Positions 1-8,941 of a DNA stretch of 61,755 bases are shown here, in pieces. Positions within the stretch are counted from its first letter, which is position 1. Every line of letters begins with the position of its first letter. Below the pieces are notes generated by a model. That model did no database searches. It had not been told where the DNA came from and saw nothing but the letters and a program-made list of their open reading frames with translations. This stretch comes from Candidatus Kuenenia stuttgartensis (lineage in GTDB: Bacteria; Planctomycetota; Planctomycetia; Pirellulales; UBA1268). The DNA lies in the NCBI GenBank assembly GCA_945897435.1, contig CAMDFJ010000006.1, positions 1 through 61,755 on the forward strand, in the 5' to 3' direction. The translations under genes and the position numbers were made by a program.

Positions 1-1185
1 GCGGCGATCGAGGGGAAGCCGATCCCTGCGGAGGTGATCGGCGGTCAGCGATATGCGTTCATCCGGCCCGACGCGGCCGTGCTCGGACCGCAGTATCGCT
101 TTGCGCGGCACGGCGGAAGCGGGGCCGAGCTTTCGGAGGCCCTCCCGCAGCTTGCGAAGGTGGTCGATGAGATCGCAATCGTGAGGAGCTGTCGCACCGA
201 CCAGTTCAACCACGCCCCGGCCCAGATCTTCATGAACTGCGGCTTCGCCCAGCCGGGCCGACCGAGCATCGGATCATGGGTGACCTACGGCCTCGGCAGC
301 GAGACCACCGACCTGCCGGCCTTCATCGTGATGAGCACGGGGGCCGGGATCAGTGGCGGCAGCGCGAACTGGTCGAGCGGCTTCATGCCCAGCCTCTACA
401 CCGGCACCCGGTTCCGCAACGCCGGCACGCCGATCCTCAACGTCGACTCGCCGGCCGGTGCCGACATGCGACTGGCAGACGAAACCCTGAACCTCGTCAA
501 CTCGATCAATCGGCGGCGGCTGGCTGCCGACGGAGATCCCGAGATCGCGACGCGGATCGCCAGCTACGAGATGGCCCATCGGCTGCAGACATCGGCGCCG
601 GAACTGATGAACCTCGCCGACGAGTCGCCCGAGACCCTCGCCCTCTATGGCTGCAAGCCGGAGGAGTCGAGTTTCTCCCGGGCCTGCCTGATCGCCCGGC
701 GGCTGGTGGAGCGCGGGGTGCGGTTCATCACGATCTACCACGAGGGCTGGGACGGGCACACCGACGTTGCGGGCAACGTGAAGAAGAACTCCGCGGCGAC
801 CGATCAGGGGTCCGCGGCCCTGATCGCCGATCTGAAGCGCCGGGGGATGCTCGACAGCACGCTCGTCGTCTGGGGGGGCGAGTTCGGCAGAACGCCGATG
901 GTCGAGGCGAGCGCCGTGCTCGGCCGCTCGAAGGGCCGGGACCATCACCCCAACGCGTTCACGATGTGGCTCGCCGGCGGTGGGATCAGGGGCGGCGTCA
1001 ACTACGGCGAGACCGACGAACTCGGATTCCACATCGCCCGCGACGAGGTCCACGTGCACGATCTACAGGCCACGATCCTCCACTGCCTCGGCCTCGACCA
1101 CGAGCGGCTGACGTTCCGTCACGCAGGCCGCGACTTCCGGCTCACCGACGTCCACGGACATGTGGTTCAGGGCCTGCTCTCCTGA
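1..1185 (+). CDS. DUF1501 family protein (sulfatase-associated, Planctomycete-typical), 5'-truncated by window edge
   Basis: Frame open from base 1; motifs FNHAPAQ, GRPSIGSWVTYGLG, LIARRLVERGVRF, WDGH, VWGGEFGRTP, GRDHHP, DFRLTDVHG. Confidence 0.9.
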   Translation, partial: AAIEGKPIPAEVIGGQRYAFIRPDAAVLGPQYRFARHGGSGAELSEALPQLAKVVDEIAIVRSCRTDQFNHAPAQIFMNCGFAQPGRPSIGSWVTYGLGSETTDLPAFIVMSTGAGISGGSANWSSGFMPSLYTGTRFRNAGTPILNVDSPAGADMRLADETLNLVNSINRRRLAADGDPEIATRIASYEMAHRLQTSAPELMNLADESPETLALYGCKPEESSFSRACLIARRLVERGVRFITIYHEGWDGHTDVAGNVKKNSAATDQGSAALIADLKRRGMLDSTLVVWGGEFGRTPMVEASAVLGRSKGRDHHPNAFTMWLAGGGIRGGVNYGETDELGFHIARDEVHVHDLQATILHCLGLDHERLTFRHAGRDFRLTDVHGHVVQGLLS

Positions 1186-1217
1186 TCGGCATCGGCCCGA
1201 CGTCGGCGTCGGAATGC

Positions 1218-2330
1218 TTACCCTGCCGACCAATCCGGACGGGGTCGATCGTGGCTCCGGGAGTCTGCGGCGGTTGCCATAATCCGCTCCCGCACGCTGG
1301 CGACGGCCGGCCCCGTCAGGTGTTCGAGTTCCAGGGCGAAGGAGACACCCGCCCGGGGTGGCAGCGAAACCACCCTTCCCTGCGCCGCCTCGAACGACCT
1401 CGGATTCGGATAGTTCGTACCCGGTTCGAGCCCCGTGACATACCCGTCGGCGAGGCCGCCCTGATTCTTCCAGAGTGAAAAGCAGGGAAGCGTGTCGGAA
1501 CGCCAGGAGAGACAGACGGCATCACCGCCGCCAGGAGCGACGAGCATCGCCGACGCCCTGCCCGCCTCGTCCGACCGCAGCGCCATGAAGTGAACCTGCT
1601 CCGGCCGGCCCGGGCGTGACTCATCGTAGCGGTTCCAGGTCGGCACATCGGCTGCCGCTCCATGATCCCTCGGAGCCAGTTCCTCGACGGCGGCCACGAG
1701 TTCTGATCCGGCGCCGAGAAACGGCGGCCCGATGTTGACGTGATAGAGCATCTGCATCGTCGTCGGCCGATCCGAAAGGTTTTCGACCGTATCGACCCAG
1801 GAGACCCGCGGCCGATCGGCCTGCAGGGAGATCGAGGTCGTCATCCGCAGCGACTGGAACAGGAACCGCGTCTCGTCGACGGCGCCATGCAGCGTCACCC
1901 TGCCGGCCGCCTCGTCGAGCGTCACCTCGACCCCGTGGGCGGGGAGGTTGGCGATCCTCCCGTGCAGTGGGTGGAGAAGTCGTCCCTGCGGATCGAATTC
2001 CGGAGCCCCGTTGCTGACCAGACCGCAGCGGGCCACCAGTTCATCGAATCCCTCGAGCCAGCCGAGCCCGGAAGGATCGGTGATCGGCACGAACCGGGGA
2101 TGCACCGGCCCACGGACGGGCGACGACCAGCCGATGTCGGTGCCACCCGAGTTCATCCTCCAGATGCCGAGTCCTCGGTCGGGAAGCACCTGGGCCGTCG
2201 TCCCGCCGGCCGCAATCTCGACCAGCAGCAGGCCGTCCTGCAGGCCTCCCTGCAGCCGTCTGGTTCGGACGGCCAGCGGACCGATCGCCTCGTCCATTCC
2301 ATCCACAACAGTCAACCGCTTGAGGGCCAT
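1218..2330 (-). CDS. Aldose 1-epimerase-like / DUF4432 family protein
   Basis: C-terminal part of track ORF 1218..3113 from MALKRL; motifs LPDRGLGIW, GWLEGFDE, LHGRIAN, LYHVNIG, GYVTGLEPGTNYPN. Confidence 0.8.
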   Translation of the reverse strand: MALKRLTVVDGMDEAIGPLAVRTRRLQGGLQDGLLLVEIAAGGTTAQVLPDRGLGIWRMNSGGTDIGWSSPVRGPVHPRFVPITDPSGLGWLEGFDELVARCGLVSNGAPEFDPQGRLLHPLHGRIANLPAHGVEVTLDEAAGRVTLHGAVDETRFLFQSLRMTTSISLQADRPRVSWVDTVENLSDRPTTMQMLYHVNIGPPFLGAGSELVAAVEELAPRDHGAAADVPTWNRYDESRPGRPEQVHFMALRSDEAGRASAMLVAPGGGDAVCLSWRSDTLPCFSLWKNQGGLADGYVTGLEPGTNYPNPRSFEAAQGRVVSLPPRAGVSFALELEHLTGPAVASVRERIMATAADSRSHDRPRPDWSAG

Positions 2331-2348
2331 CTGCGAGCATCCGCAACA

Positions 2349-2386
2349 AGGTTCGGGGAACGCGGCGAGGTTCGGGAAACGCGGCG
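2349..2386. repeat. 19-bp tandem duplication AGGTTCGGG(G/A)AACGCGGCG x2
   Basis: 2349-2367 and 2368-2386 differ at one base. Confidence 0.8.
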
Positions 2387-2497
2387 GGAGTCTACCCTTC
2401 CGCTCGCTGTCCAGGGAACAACTCACTCCCGGAACTCCTCGATGGATATCAGCGAGGGGCTGCCCAAGCCCCGAGCGGGTTGTGAGTGTCGAGGCAT

Positions 2498-2519
2498 GAC
2501 AGGCTGAAGCCTGTCCCAC
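2498..2519 (-). repeat. REP-like palindrome GTGG-GACAGGCT-TC-AGCCTGTC, copy 1
   Basis: 8-bp perfect stem with 5' GTGG on minus strand; identical 22-mer at 10032-10053 and 40321-40342; identity with the 10 kb copy extends over 2495-2524. Confidence 0.85.
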
Positions 2520-2591
2520 ATCGGGACTGAAAAACCGCAAAAGCCGAAGATCGATAGACTGGCGTCGGACGAGAACGAAAGGAGACCGACC

Positions 2592-3377
2592 ATGAGCCCC
2601 ACAGCCACGCCGATCGCCATTGTGCTCGCTGCCGGTCGCGGCACCCGGATGGGAAGCGATCTGCCCAAGGTGCTCTCCGAAGCCGCCGGAAAACCACTCG
2701 TCCGCTGGGTGCTCGACGCGCTTGCAGCGGCAGGTGTCGAGGACCGGATCGTCGTCGTCGGGTATCGGGCCGAACTCATCGAGACGGCACTCGAAGGCCT
2801 GCCCGGTGTCTCGTTCGCGATCCAGCATGAACAACGAGGCACCGGCGACGCCGTCGCCGCGGCCCGGCCGCTCATCGAGCGGCGGATTGCCGGGCAGGGG
2901 GAGCGGCGGCCGGTCGTGGTCGTCTGCGGCGATTCCCCGATGCTTCGCCCGGAGAGTGTGACCGGTCTGCTCGACAGGTTCAGGGCTGGAAACGCCGCCT
3001 GCCTGCTGGGAACCGCCCTCACGACCGAGCCTGCCGGGCTCGGCCGGATCGTTCGCAATGCTGCCGGCCGGTTCGAGAGGATCGTCGAGGAAAAGGATGC
3101 CACGCCCGACCAACGGGCGATCCGCGAGGTCAACATGAGCACCTACGTGTTTGACGCCGCCGACCTTCTGCTGGCCCTCTCCAGGCTCGGCACCTCGAAC
3201 GCCGCGGGGGAGTATTACCTGACCGACTGTCCCGGTCTGCTCCAGACCGAAGGCCGGGTCGTCGACGCGATTCCCTGCCTCGATCCGAGCGAAACCCTGT
3301 CGGTCAACACTCCCGAGCAGTTGGCTGCGGTCGCGGCGGCACTCGCCCGGGTCCGGCCTGACCCGCGGGAGGCTTGA
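2592..3377 (+). CDS. GlmU-like nucleotidyltransferase (uridyltransferase domain only)
   Basis: LAAGRGTRMGSDLPKVL, QRGTGDAV, GLGRIVR, RIVEEKDAT, GEYYLTD; 261 aa with no left-handed beta-helix; SD GGAG upstream. Confidence 0.85.
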   Translation: MSPTATPIAIVLAAGRGTRMGSDLPKVLSEAAGKPLVRWVLDALAAAGVEDRIVVVGYRAELIETALEGLPGVSFAIQHEQRGTGDAVAAARPLIERRIAGQGERRPVVVVCGDSPMLRPESVTGLLDRFRAGNAACLLGTALTTEPAGLGRIVRNAAGRFERIVEEKDATPDQRAIREVNMSTYVFDAADLLLALSRLGTSNAAGEYYLTDCPGLLQTEGRVVDAIPCLDPSETLSVNTPEQLAAVAAALARVRPDPREA

Positions 3378-3450
3378 AGACCCGCCCGATACCGGTCACA
3401 GTGCCTCTGCGGCACGGACGGCCACTCTCCCGAGCACCCCTCGAAGCGAC

Positions 3451-4395
3451 ATGAACGACCTCAAGATCTTCGGCGGCCCGGCCAATGGCCCTCTGACCCA
3501 GGACATCTGCCGGTATCTCAACCTGCCGATGGGCAAGATCACGCTCGGACGTTTTCCCGACGGCGAGATCTCCTGCAAGATCGACGAGGACGTCCGCGGC
3601 CGCGACGTGTTCATCGTCCAGCCCACCTGCCCGCCGGTGAACGAGCACATCATGGAACTGCTCGTGATGATCGACTCGTTCAAGCGGGCGAGTTCGTTCC
3701 GTCTGACGGCGGTCATCCCCTACTTCGGCTACGCGAGGCAGGACCGCAAGGACGCCGGTCGGGTGCCGATCACCGCCAAACTCGTCGCCAACCTGATCAC
3801 CCGGGCCGGCGCCGACCGAGTGCTGGCGATGGACCTGCACGCCGCGCAGATCCAGGGGTTCTTCGACGTGCCGGTGGACCATCTCTATGCGGCACCTGTG
3901 CTCAACAACCACTTCCAGTCGATGGATCTGCCGCACGACGACCTCGTCGTGGTGGCGGCCGACGCGGGCAGCATCAAGCGGGCCGTCGGCCACGCCAACC
4001 GGCTCGGCGTGCCGCTGGCGATCGTCGACAAGCGGCGGCTCAGCGCCGACACCACCAAGAGCACGAACGTCATCGGCGCCAGCGTCGATGGAAAGGTGGC
4101 GCTGATGTTCGACGACATGATCAGCACGGCGGGCTCGATCTGTTCGGCCGCGGCGGTCATCCACGATCACGGTGCCAGGGCGATCTACGCCGCGGCCACC
4201 CACGGCCTGCTCGTCGGCCCCGCGATCGAGCGGCTCCAGGCGGCGCCGTTTGCCGGGATCATCATCACCGATTCGATCCCGCTGACCCCGGAAAAGGCCC
4301 TTCCGAACATCACGGTGCTCTCGGTCGCCAGCCTGCTCGGGCAGGCCATCAAGCGGATTCACCGCAACGAATCGGTCAGCATGATGTTTCAGTAG
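3451..4395 (+). CDS. prs: Ribose-phosphate pyrophosphokinase
   Basis: FPDGE, PYFGYARQDRK, DLHAAQIQGFF, DDMISTAGS. Confidence 0.97.
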   Translation: MNDLKIFGGPANGPLTQDICRYLNLPMGKITLGRFPDGEISCKIDEDVRGRDVFIVQPTCPPVNEHIMELLVMIDSFKRASSFRLTAVIPYFGYARQDRKDAGRVPITAKLVANLITRAGADRVLAMDLHAAQIQGFFDVPVDHLYAAPVLNNHFQSMDLPHDDLVVVAADAGSIKRAVGHANRLGVPLAIVDKRRLSADTTKSTNVIGASVDGKVALMFDDMISTAGSICSAAAVIHDHGARAIYAAATHGLLVGPAIERLQAAPFAGIIITDSIPLTPEKALPNITVLSVASLLGQAIKRIHRNESVSMMFQ

Positions 4396-4489
4396 CCCCG
4401 CAGGGCCGCAGATTTGCGAGAAACCGCGGCCCGACTTGCGGAAGCCGGCGGCCGTGGCAGACTATGGGGCCCGAGAAAAAGGAGTTTTC

Positions 4490-5125
4490 ATGAGCGATTC
4501 ACTCGACGTCGTATCCCGCAAGGCAACCGGTTCCCGGGAAAGCCGTCGGCTCCGCCGTGAAGGCATGGTGCCGGCCGTTCTCTATGGCCACGGTGAGAAA
4601 TCTATCGATCTGGCTGCCAAGCGCGAGGCGATCGAGGCCGTCGTCCGTCACGGCAGCCGGGTCGTCGAACTCAAGGGTGCCGTCAAGACGAGCGCCCTGG
4701 TCCGCGAACTCCAGTGGGACACCTTCGGCGTCCAGCCGATCCACGTCGATTTCCTCCGGGTCGACAAGTCGGAACGGATCAAGGTCAAGGTTCCCGTCGA
4801 TCTCCGCGGCGAGGCCCCTGGGCACAGGGCTGGCGGTGTGGTCACGCTCATCCTCCACGAACTCGAGATCGAGTGCACTCCCGACGCGATTCCGGAAAAG
4901 ATCCACGCCCACGTCGGAAAGCTCGAACTGGGCGGTCACCTCAAGGTCCACGACCTCGAATTGCCTGCCGGTGCCAAGGCTCTGGCGGATGGCGAGGAGA
5001 CCGTGGTCAGCTGCTCGCTGCCACAGAAGGCCGACGAGACCGCGGCCGTCGCTGGAGCCGCCGAACCCGAAGTGATCGGCCGCAAGGCCGCTGAGGAAGG
5101 AGAAGGAGAGGCAGCGGAGGGCTGA
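4490..5125 (+). CDS. rplY: 50S ribosomal protein L25 (Ctc form)
   Basis: SRRLRREGMVPAVLYGHG, HVDFLRV, EPEVIGRK; SD AAGGAG before ATG 4490; prs-rplY-pth synteny. Confidence 0.95.
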   Translation: MSDSLDVVSRKATGSRESRRLRREGMVPAVLYGHGEKSIDLAAKREAIEAVVRHGSRVVELKGAVKTSALVRELQWDTFGVQPIHVDFLRVDKSERIKVKVPVDLRGEAPGHRAGGVVTLILHELEIECTPDAIPEKIHAHVGKLELGGHLKVHDLELPAGAKALADGEETVVSCSLPQKADETAAVAGAAEPEVIGRKAAEEGEGEAAEG

Positions 5126-5166
5126 TCCTGTCGGGCTCGATCCGTCGAGACCGGGGCTGATGCATC

Positions 5167-5724
5167 GTGAAACTCGTCGCAGGGCTGGGAAATCCGGGAC
5201 GCAACTACGAGGGCACCCGGCACAACGTCGGATTCGACGTTGTGGAAATCCTGGCGAAGCGGTCTGGCTCGCCCGTTCGACGAGCCCGGTTTCAGGGCGA
5301 CACGGCGCAGGTCACGATCCGCGGTTGCCCGGTGCTGTTGCTCTGGCCGCTCACCTGGATGAACCTCAGCGGTGCGAGCGTCCTGGCGGCCCGCGACTTC
5401 TACAAGATCGAGCATGACGACATCCTTATTGTGTGCGATGACTTCCAGCTTTCGACCGATACGATCCGCATCCGGGCAAGCGGCTCCGGCGGCGGTCAAA
5501 ACGGGCTCAGCGACGTGCTTGCTCGGCTTGGCACAAACGCCGTGCCGAGGCTCCGGCTCGGCATCGGCCCGGTTGCAGAGGGCTGGAAGACCGCAGATTT
5601 CGTCCTCGGTCGGTTCTCCAAATCGGAACGGGAGGCCGTGACGCCGTTGCTGGAGCGGGCGGCCGACGCCGTCGAGGAATGGGCTGCGGTGGGAATCGAA
5701 TCTGCGATGAACCGGTACAACTGA
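5167..5724 (+). CDS. pth: Peptidyl-tRNA hydrolase
   Basis: GLGNPG, TRHNVGF, TWMNLSG, GGQNGL, RLRLGIG. Confidence 0.96.
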   Translation: MKLVAGLGNPGRNYEGTRHNVGFDVVEILAKRSGSPVRRARFQGDTAQVTIRGCPVLLLWPLTWMNLSGASVLAARDFYKIEHDDILIVCDDFQLSTDTIRIRASGSGGGQNGLSDVLARLGTNAVPRLRLGIGPVAEGWKTADFVLGRFSKSEREAVTPLLERAADAVEEWAAVGIESAMNRYN

Positions 5725-5804
5725 AGAACCACATTTCGACAATTCACCGATCCGCGACATGACATCCGGATCACAACAAGCGTACGACACGACAGAAAGG
5801 GAGC

Positions 5805-6200
5805 ATGCAGACCATGGTGGTATACGAAGGGATGTTCATTCTCGACGCCTCGAAGTTCGCCCGGGATCCGGCCGGGTCCGCCCAGCAGATCGTCGGCCTG
5901 ATCGAGCAGTTCGGCGGCACGGTGCTGGCGTCCCGGCTCTGGGACGAGCGGAAACTCGCCTATCCGATCAAAGGCCACAAAAAGGGCGTCTACTGGCTGA
6001 CCTACTTCAACATGCCGTCGGCCAATCTGGTGCCGCTTGAACGGCAGTGCGAGATCACCGACGACATCCTGCGAAAACTGGTCCTGAAGATCGAACCGCG
6101 AATCGCGGACGCACTCGTCCAGCATGCCCTGGCTGGTGAAACGTCGCAGCGAAAGGCGGCACCTGTCGCGGCCGCAGCGGCCCCCACCGCCGGAGAGTAG
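5805..6200 (+). CDS. rpsF: 30S ribosomal protein S6
   Basis: [27 protein letters not shown]. Confidence 0.95.
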   Translation: MQTMVVYEGMFILDASKFARDPAGSAQQIVGLIEQFGGTVLASRLWDERKLAYPIKGHKKGVYWLTYFNMPSANLVPLERQCEITDDILRKLVLKIEPRIADALVQHALAGETSQRKAAPVAAAAAPTAGE

Positions 6201-6295
6201 CCACAACCGTTCCCTTGCAGTGCCGGTCGCCCCCCGGTATTCTGGGATTCAGTTGTACATGTGTTCAGCATTTGAAGACTGAGGAGGCAGGTGCC

Positions 6296-6802
6296 ATGGC
6301 AAGTTTCAATCGGGTGATTCTTCTCGGCAACGTGACCCGCGATCCGGAGTTGCGTTACATCGCCAACGGAACGGCCGTGACCGATATCGGCCTCGCCGTC
6401 AACGATCGTCGCAAGACGGCGACGGGCGAATGGGTCGAGGAGACGACATTCGTCGATGTGACGCTCTGGGGCCGTACCGCCGAGGTCGCCGGGGAATATG
6501 TCACCAAGGGGGCCCCGCTGATGATCGAGGGCCGGCTGAAACTCGACACCTGGGAGAAGGACGGCAAGAAAAACTCCAAGCTCCGGGTGGTCGGCGAGCG
6601 GATGCAACTCCTCGGGTCTCGTGGTGGCGAAGGCGGCCGCAGCGGTGGCGAGGGTCGGCCCAAGGCCAGGGCCGGGAGCGGCCGTCCCGCCCCTTCCGTG
6701 AACGACGATTACGATCAGTCGGCCGACGTGTATGATGGTCCCTCCCGCGGTGGCAGCGAGCCGGGCGGACATATCGGCGGCGACGACGACATTCCTTTCT
6801 GA
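6296..6802 (+). CDS. ssb: Single-stranded DNA-binding protein
   Basis: [18 protein letters not shown] and C-terminal DDDIPF; SD GAGGAGG before ATG 6296. Confidence 0.97.
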   Translation: MASFNRVILLGNVTRDPELRYIANGTAVTDIGLAVNDRRKTATGEWVEETTFVDVTLWGRTAEVAGEYVTKGAPLMIEGRLKLDTWEKDGKKNSKLRVVGERMQLLGSRGGEGGRSGGEGRPKARAGSGRPAPSVNDDYDQSADVYDGPSRGGSEPGGHIGGDDDIPF

Positions 6803-6876
6803 TCCCCCTTCAGACTGCCTTCCCAAACTTTTTTTCAGACACTCAAGCTTCTTCGTTTTGCGCCAGGAGAGCCCCC

Positions 6877-7410
6877 ATGCCCCCCAGAACCATGCCCTCG
6901 ATCACATCCCGACAGTCCCGGCTTCCCAAGGGGGATCGAGGCGGGATCCAGCTTCTTCTCGTCCACAATGTCGAGCATCTCGGCAAGCAGGGAGAGGTCG
7001 TCGAGGTCAAGCGTGGCTATGCCTACAACTTTCTGCTTCCCCAGGGTCTGGCGACCGTCGCCACCGACCACCACAAGCGAATGGTGGAAAAGCATCGGGC
7101 GAAGCTCGAGGAGATCGCCCGCGAACGGCTGGCCGGCCTTCGCAGTCTGCTGGAGGAGCTGTCGAGGACGAGCGTCACGATCGAGGCCAACGCCAACGAC
7201 GAGGGGCATCTCTACGGGTCCGTCGGGCCGGCGGAGATTTCCCGTTCGCTCAAACAGCAGGACCTCATGGTCGGGACCGATCAGATCGTTCTCCAGGGTC
7301 CCCTCAAGGAGGTCGGCCTGTACACCGTGAAGGTGAAGCTCGCAGCCGAAGTGGAAGGCGATCTTAAGGTCTGGGTGGTTCCATCCAGCGGTGACGGCGG
7401 CTCGAAGTAG
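6877..7410 (+). CDS. rplI: 50S ribosomal protein L9
   Basis: LGKQGEVVEVKRGYAYNFLLPQGLA, GHLYGSV. Confidence 0.95.
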   Translation: MPPRTMPSITSRQSRLPKGDRGGIQLLLVHNVEHLGKQGEVVEVKRGYAYNFLLPQGLATVATDHHKRMVEKHRAKLEEIARERLAGLRSLLEELSRTSVTIEANANDEGHLYGSVGPAEISRSLKQQDLMVGTDQIVLQGPLKEVGLYTVKVKLAAEVEGDLKVWVVPSSGDGGSK

Positions 7411-7446
7411 CACCCTCTCCGCGGCGATGCAGGGAGGCTCGTACCG

Positions 7447-8910
7447 ATGGCTTCATCGAGGGAGGCTGATGCGCGCGATTCCGGCCACCGGGGCGTGCGG
7501 CGTCCGAGGCGGGCCGATCCGGACCCGGCTGGCAGATCGCCCCTGGGTCCTGCGGTCGAGCGACCGGCAAACGTCGACGCCGAGCGGGCGGTCCTCGGCA
7601 GCATTCTGCTGAAACCGGACGTCTGCGACGACGTGGCGCTCGTCGTTCGTGCGGAGGACTTCCACGACGAGTCCCACGAGATCCTCTATCGGCATCTGCT
7701 CGAACTGCACGACGGCGGCAAGCGGATCGATGTCACGATCGTCCACGAGCGGCTTCGGTCGAAGGGTGATTTTGAGAGGATTGGCGGCGCATCAGCCCTG
7801 GCTGAGATCCTCCAGTCGGTGCCGCACGCCGCCCACGCGACCCACTACGCCCAGATCGTCCGCGACAAATCGATGCTGCGGTCGTTGATCGACGCCAGCA
7901 CCGACATCCTTCGGGATGCCTATGACTCGGTGGATGAGCCGCGGGAACTTCTCGCCCGGGCAGAGGCCAAGATCTTCGAGATTCTCGAACATCGCAGCTC
8001 CGCGGAGGCAAAGCCGATCGACGAGGTGCTCGAGGAGGTGATGGTCAGAATGGACGCGAGGATGAAGCACGAACACGCCCTCGGCGGCGTGGAGACCGGC
8101 TTCACAGACCTCGACACCCTCTGTGGAGGCCTTCACAACTCCGAACTCATCATCCTGGCAGCGCGGCCCAGCATGGGGAAAACCGCGTTCGCGATGAATA
8201 TCGCCGAGCACGTTGCGATCGCCATCAAGCAGCCGGTGCTTTTCGTAAGCCTGGAAATGGCCTGTCTCGAACTGGCCGACCGACTCCTCTGTTCGGCCGC
8301 CCAGGTCAACGGGCACCGTCTTCGCAACGGAACGATCTCCCAGGAAGATCGCCGCCGACTGGTGCAGAAGTCGTCCGAGATCAGCTCATCGCCGCTCTAC
8401 ATCGACGACACTCCAGGCCGCACCCTGACCGAAATCGCAGCGGTCGCCCGCCGGCTCAAACGACGAAACGGCCTCTCACTCGTGGTGATCGACTATCTCC
8501 AGCTGATAGAGCCCGACAATCCCCGTGACCCCCGGCAGGAGCAGGTCGCGAGGATCGCCCGCCGGCTGAAGATGATGTCCCGCGAACTCGACATTCCGGT
8601 GCTCTGTCTCGCCCAGCTGAACCGGCAGGCGGAGGTTTCCCGTGACAATCGACCGCGGCTCAATCATCTGCGCGAGTCGGGGGCCATCGAGCAGGATGCA
8701 GACGTGGTGATGTTCGTCCACCGCGAGGAGTATTACCAGACGACGGACGAAGATCGGGAACGGGTCAAGGGACAGGCCGAAATCATCATCGCCAAGCAGC
8801 GCAACGGTCCGATCGGCGACATCAAGCTGCTCTGGCAGCACGACTACACCCGGTTCGTCAACCTCGAGCATCGTCCATACGACGAGTTCGAGCAGTTTTC
8901 CAGCTTCTGA
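7447..8910 (+). CDS. dnaB: Replicative DNA helicase
   Basis: AARPSMGKT, VIDYLQL, AQLNR, LRESGAIEQDAD, IIAKQRNGP. Confidence 0.97.
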   Translation: MASSREADARDSGHRGVRRPRRADPDPAGRSPLGPAVERPANVDAERAVLGSILLKPDVCDDVALVVRAEDFHDESHEILYRHLLELHDGGKRIDVTIVHERLRSKGDFERIGGASALAEILQSVPHAAHATHYAQIVRDKSMLRSLIDASTDILRDAYDSVDEPRELLARAEAKIFEILEHRSSAEAKPIDEVLEEVMVRMDARMKHEHALGGVETGFTDLDTLCGGLHNSELIILAARPSMGKTAFAMNIAEHVAIAIKQPVLFVSLEMACLELADRLLCSAAQVNGHRLRNGTISQEDRRRLVQKSSEISSSPLYIDDTPGRTLTEIAAVARRLKRRNGLSLVVIDYLQLIEPDNPRDPRQEQVARIARRLKMMSRELDIPVLCLAQLNRQAEVSRDNRPRLNHLRESGAIEQDADVVMFVHREEYYQTTDEDRERVKGQAEIIIAKQRNGPIGDIKLLWQHDYTRFVNLEHRPYDEFEQFSSF

Positions 8911-8941
8911 CAGCCTGCCACCGCTCCCCGGGAGACGGCGA

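Noticed and set aside
2331-3113. N-terminal extension of the 631-aa ORF
   Set aside because: Overlaps the glmU-like gene antisense and the REP region; similarity starts at MALKRL (2330)
2331-4489. Expected tRNA-Gln near prs/rplY
   Set aside because: No cloverleaf or TTC-arm/CCA pattern found by eye in the intergenic gaps
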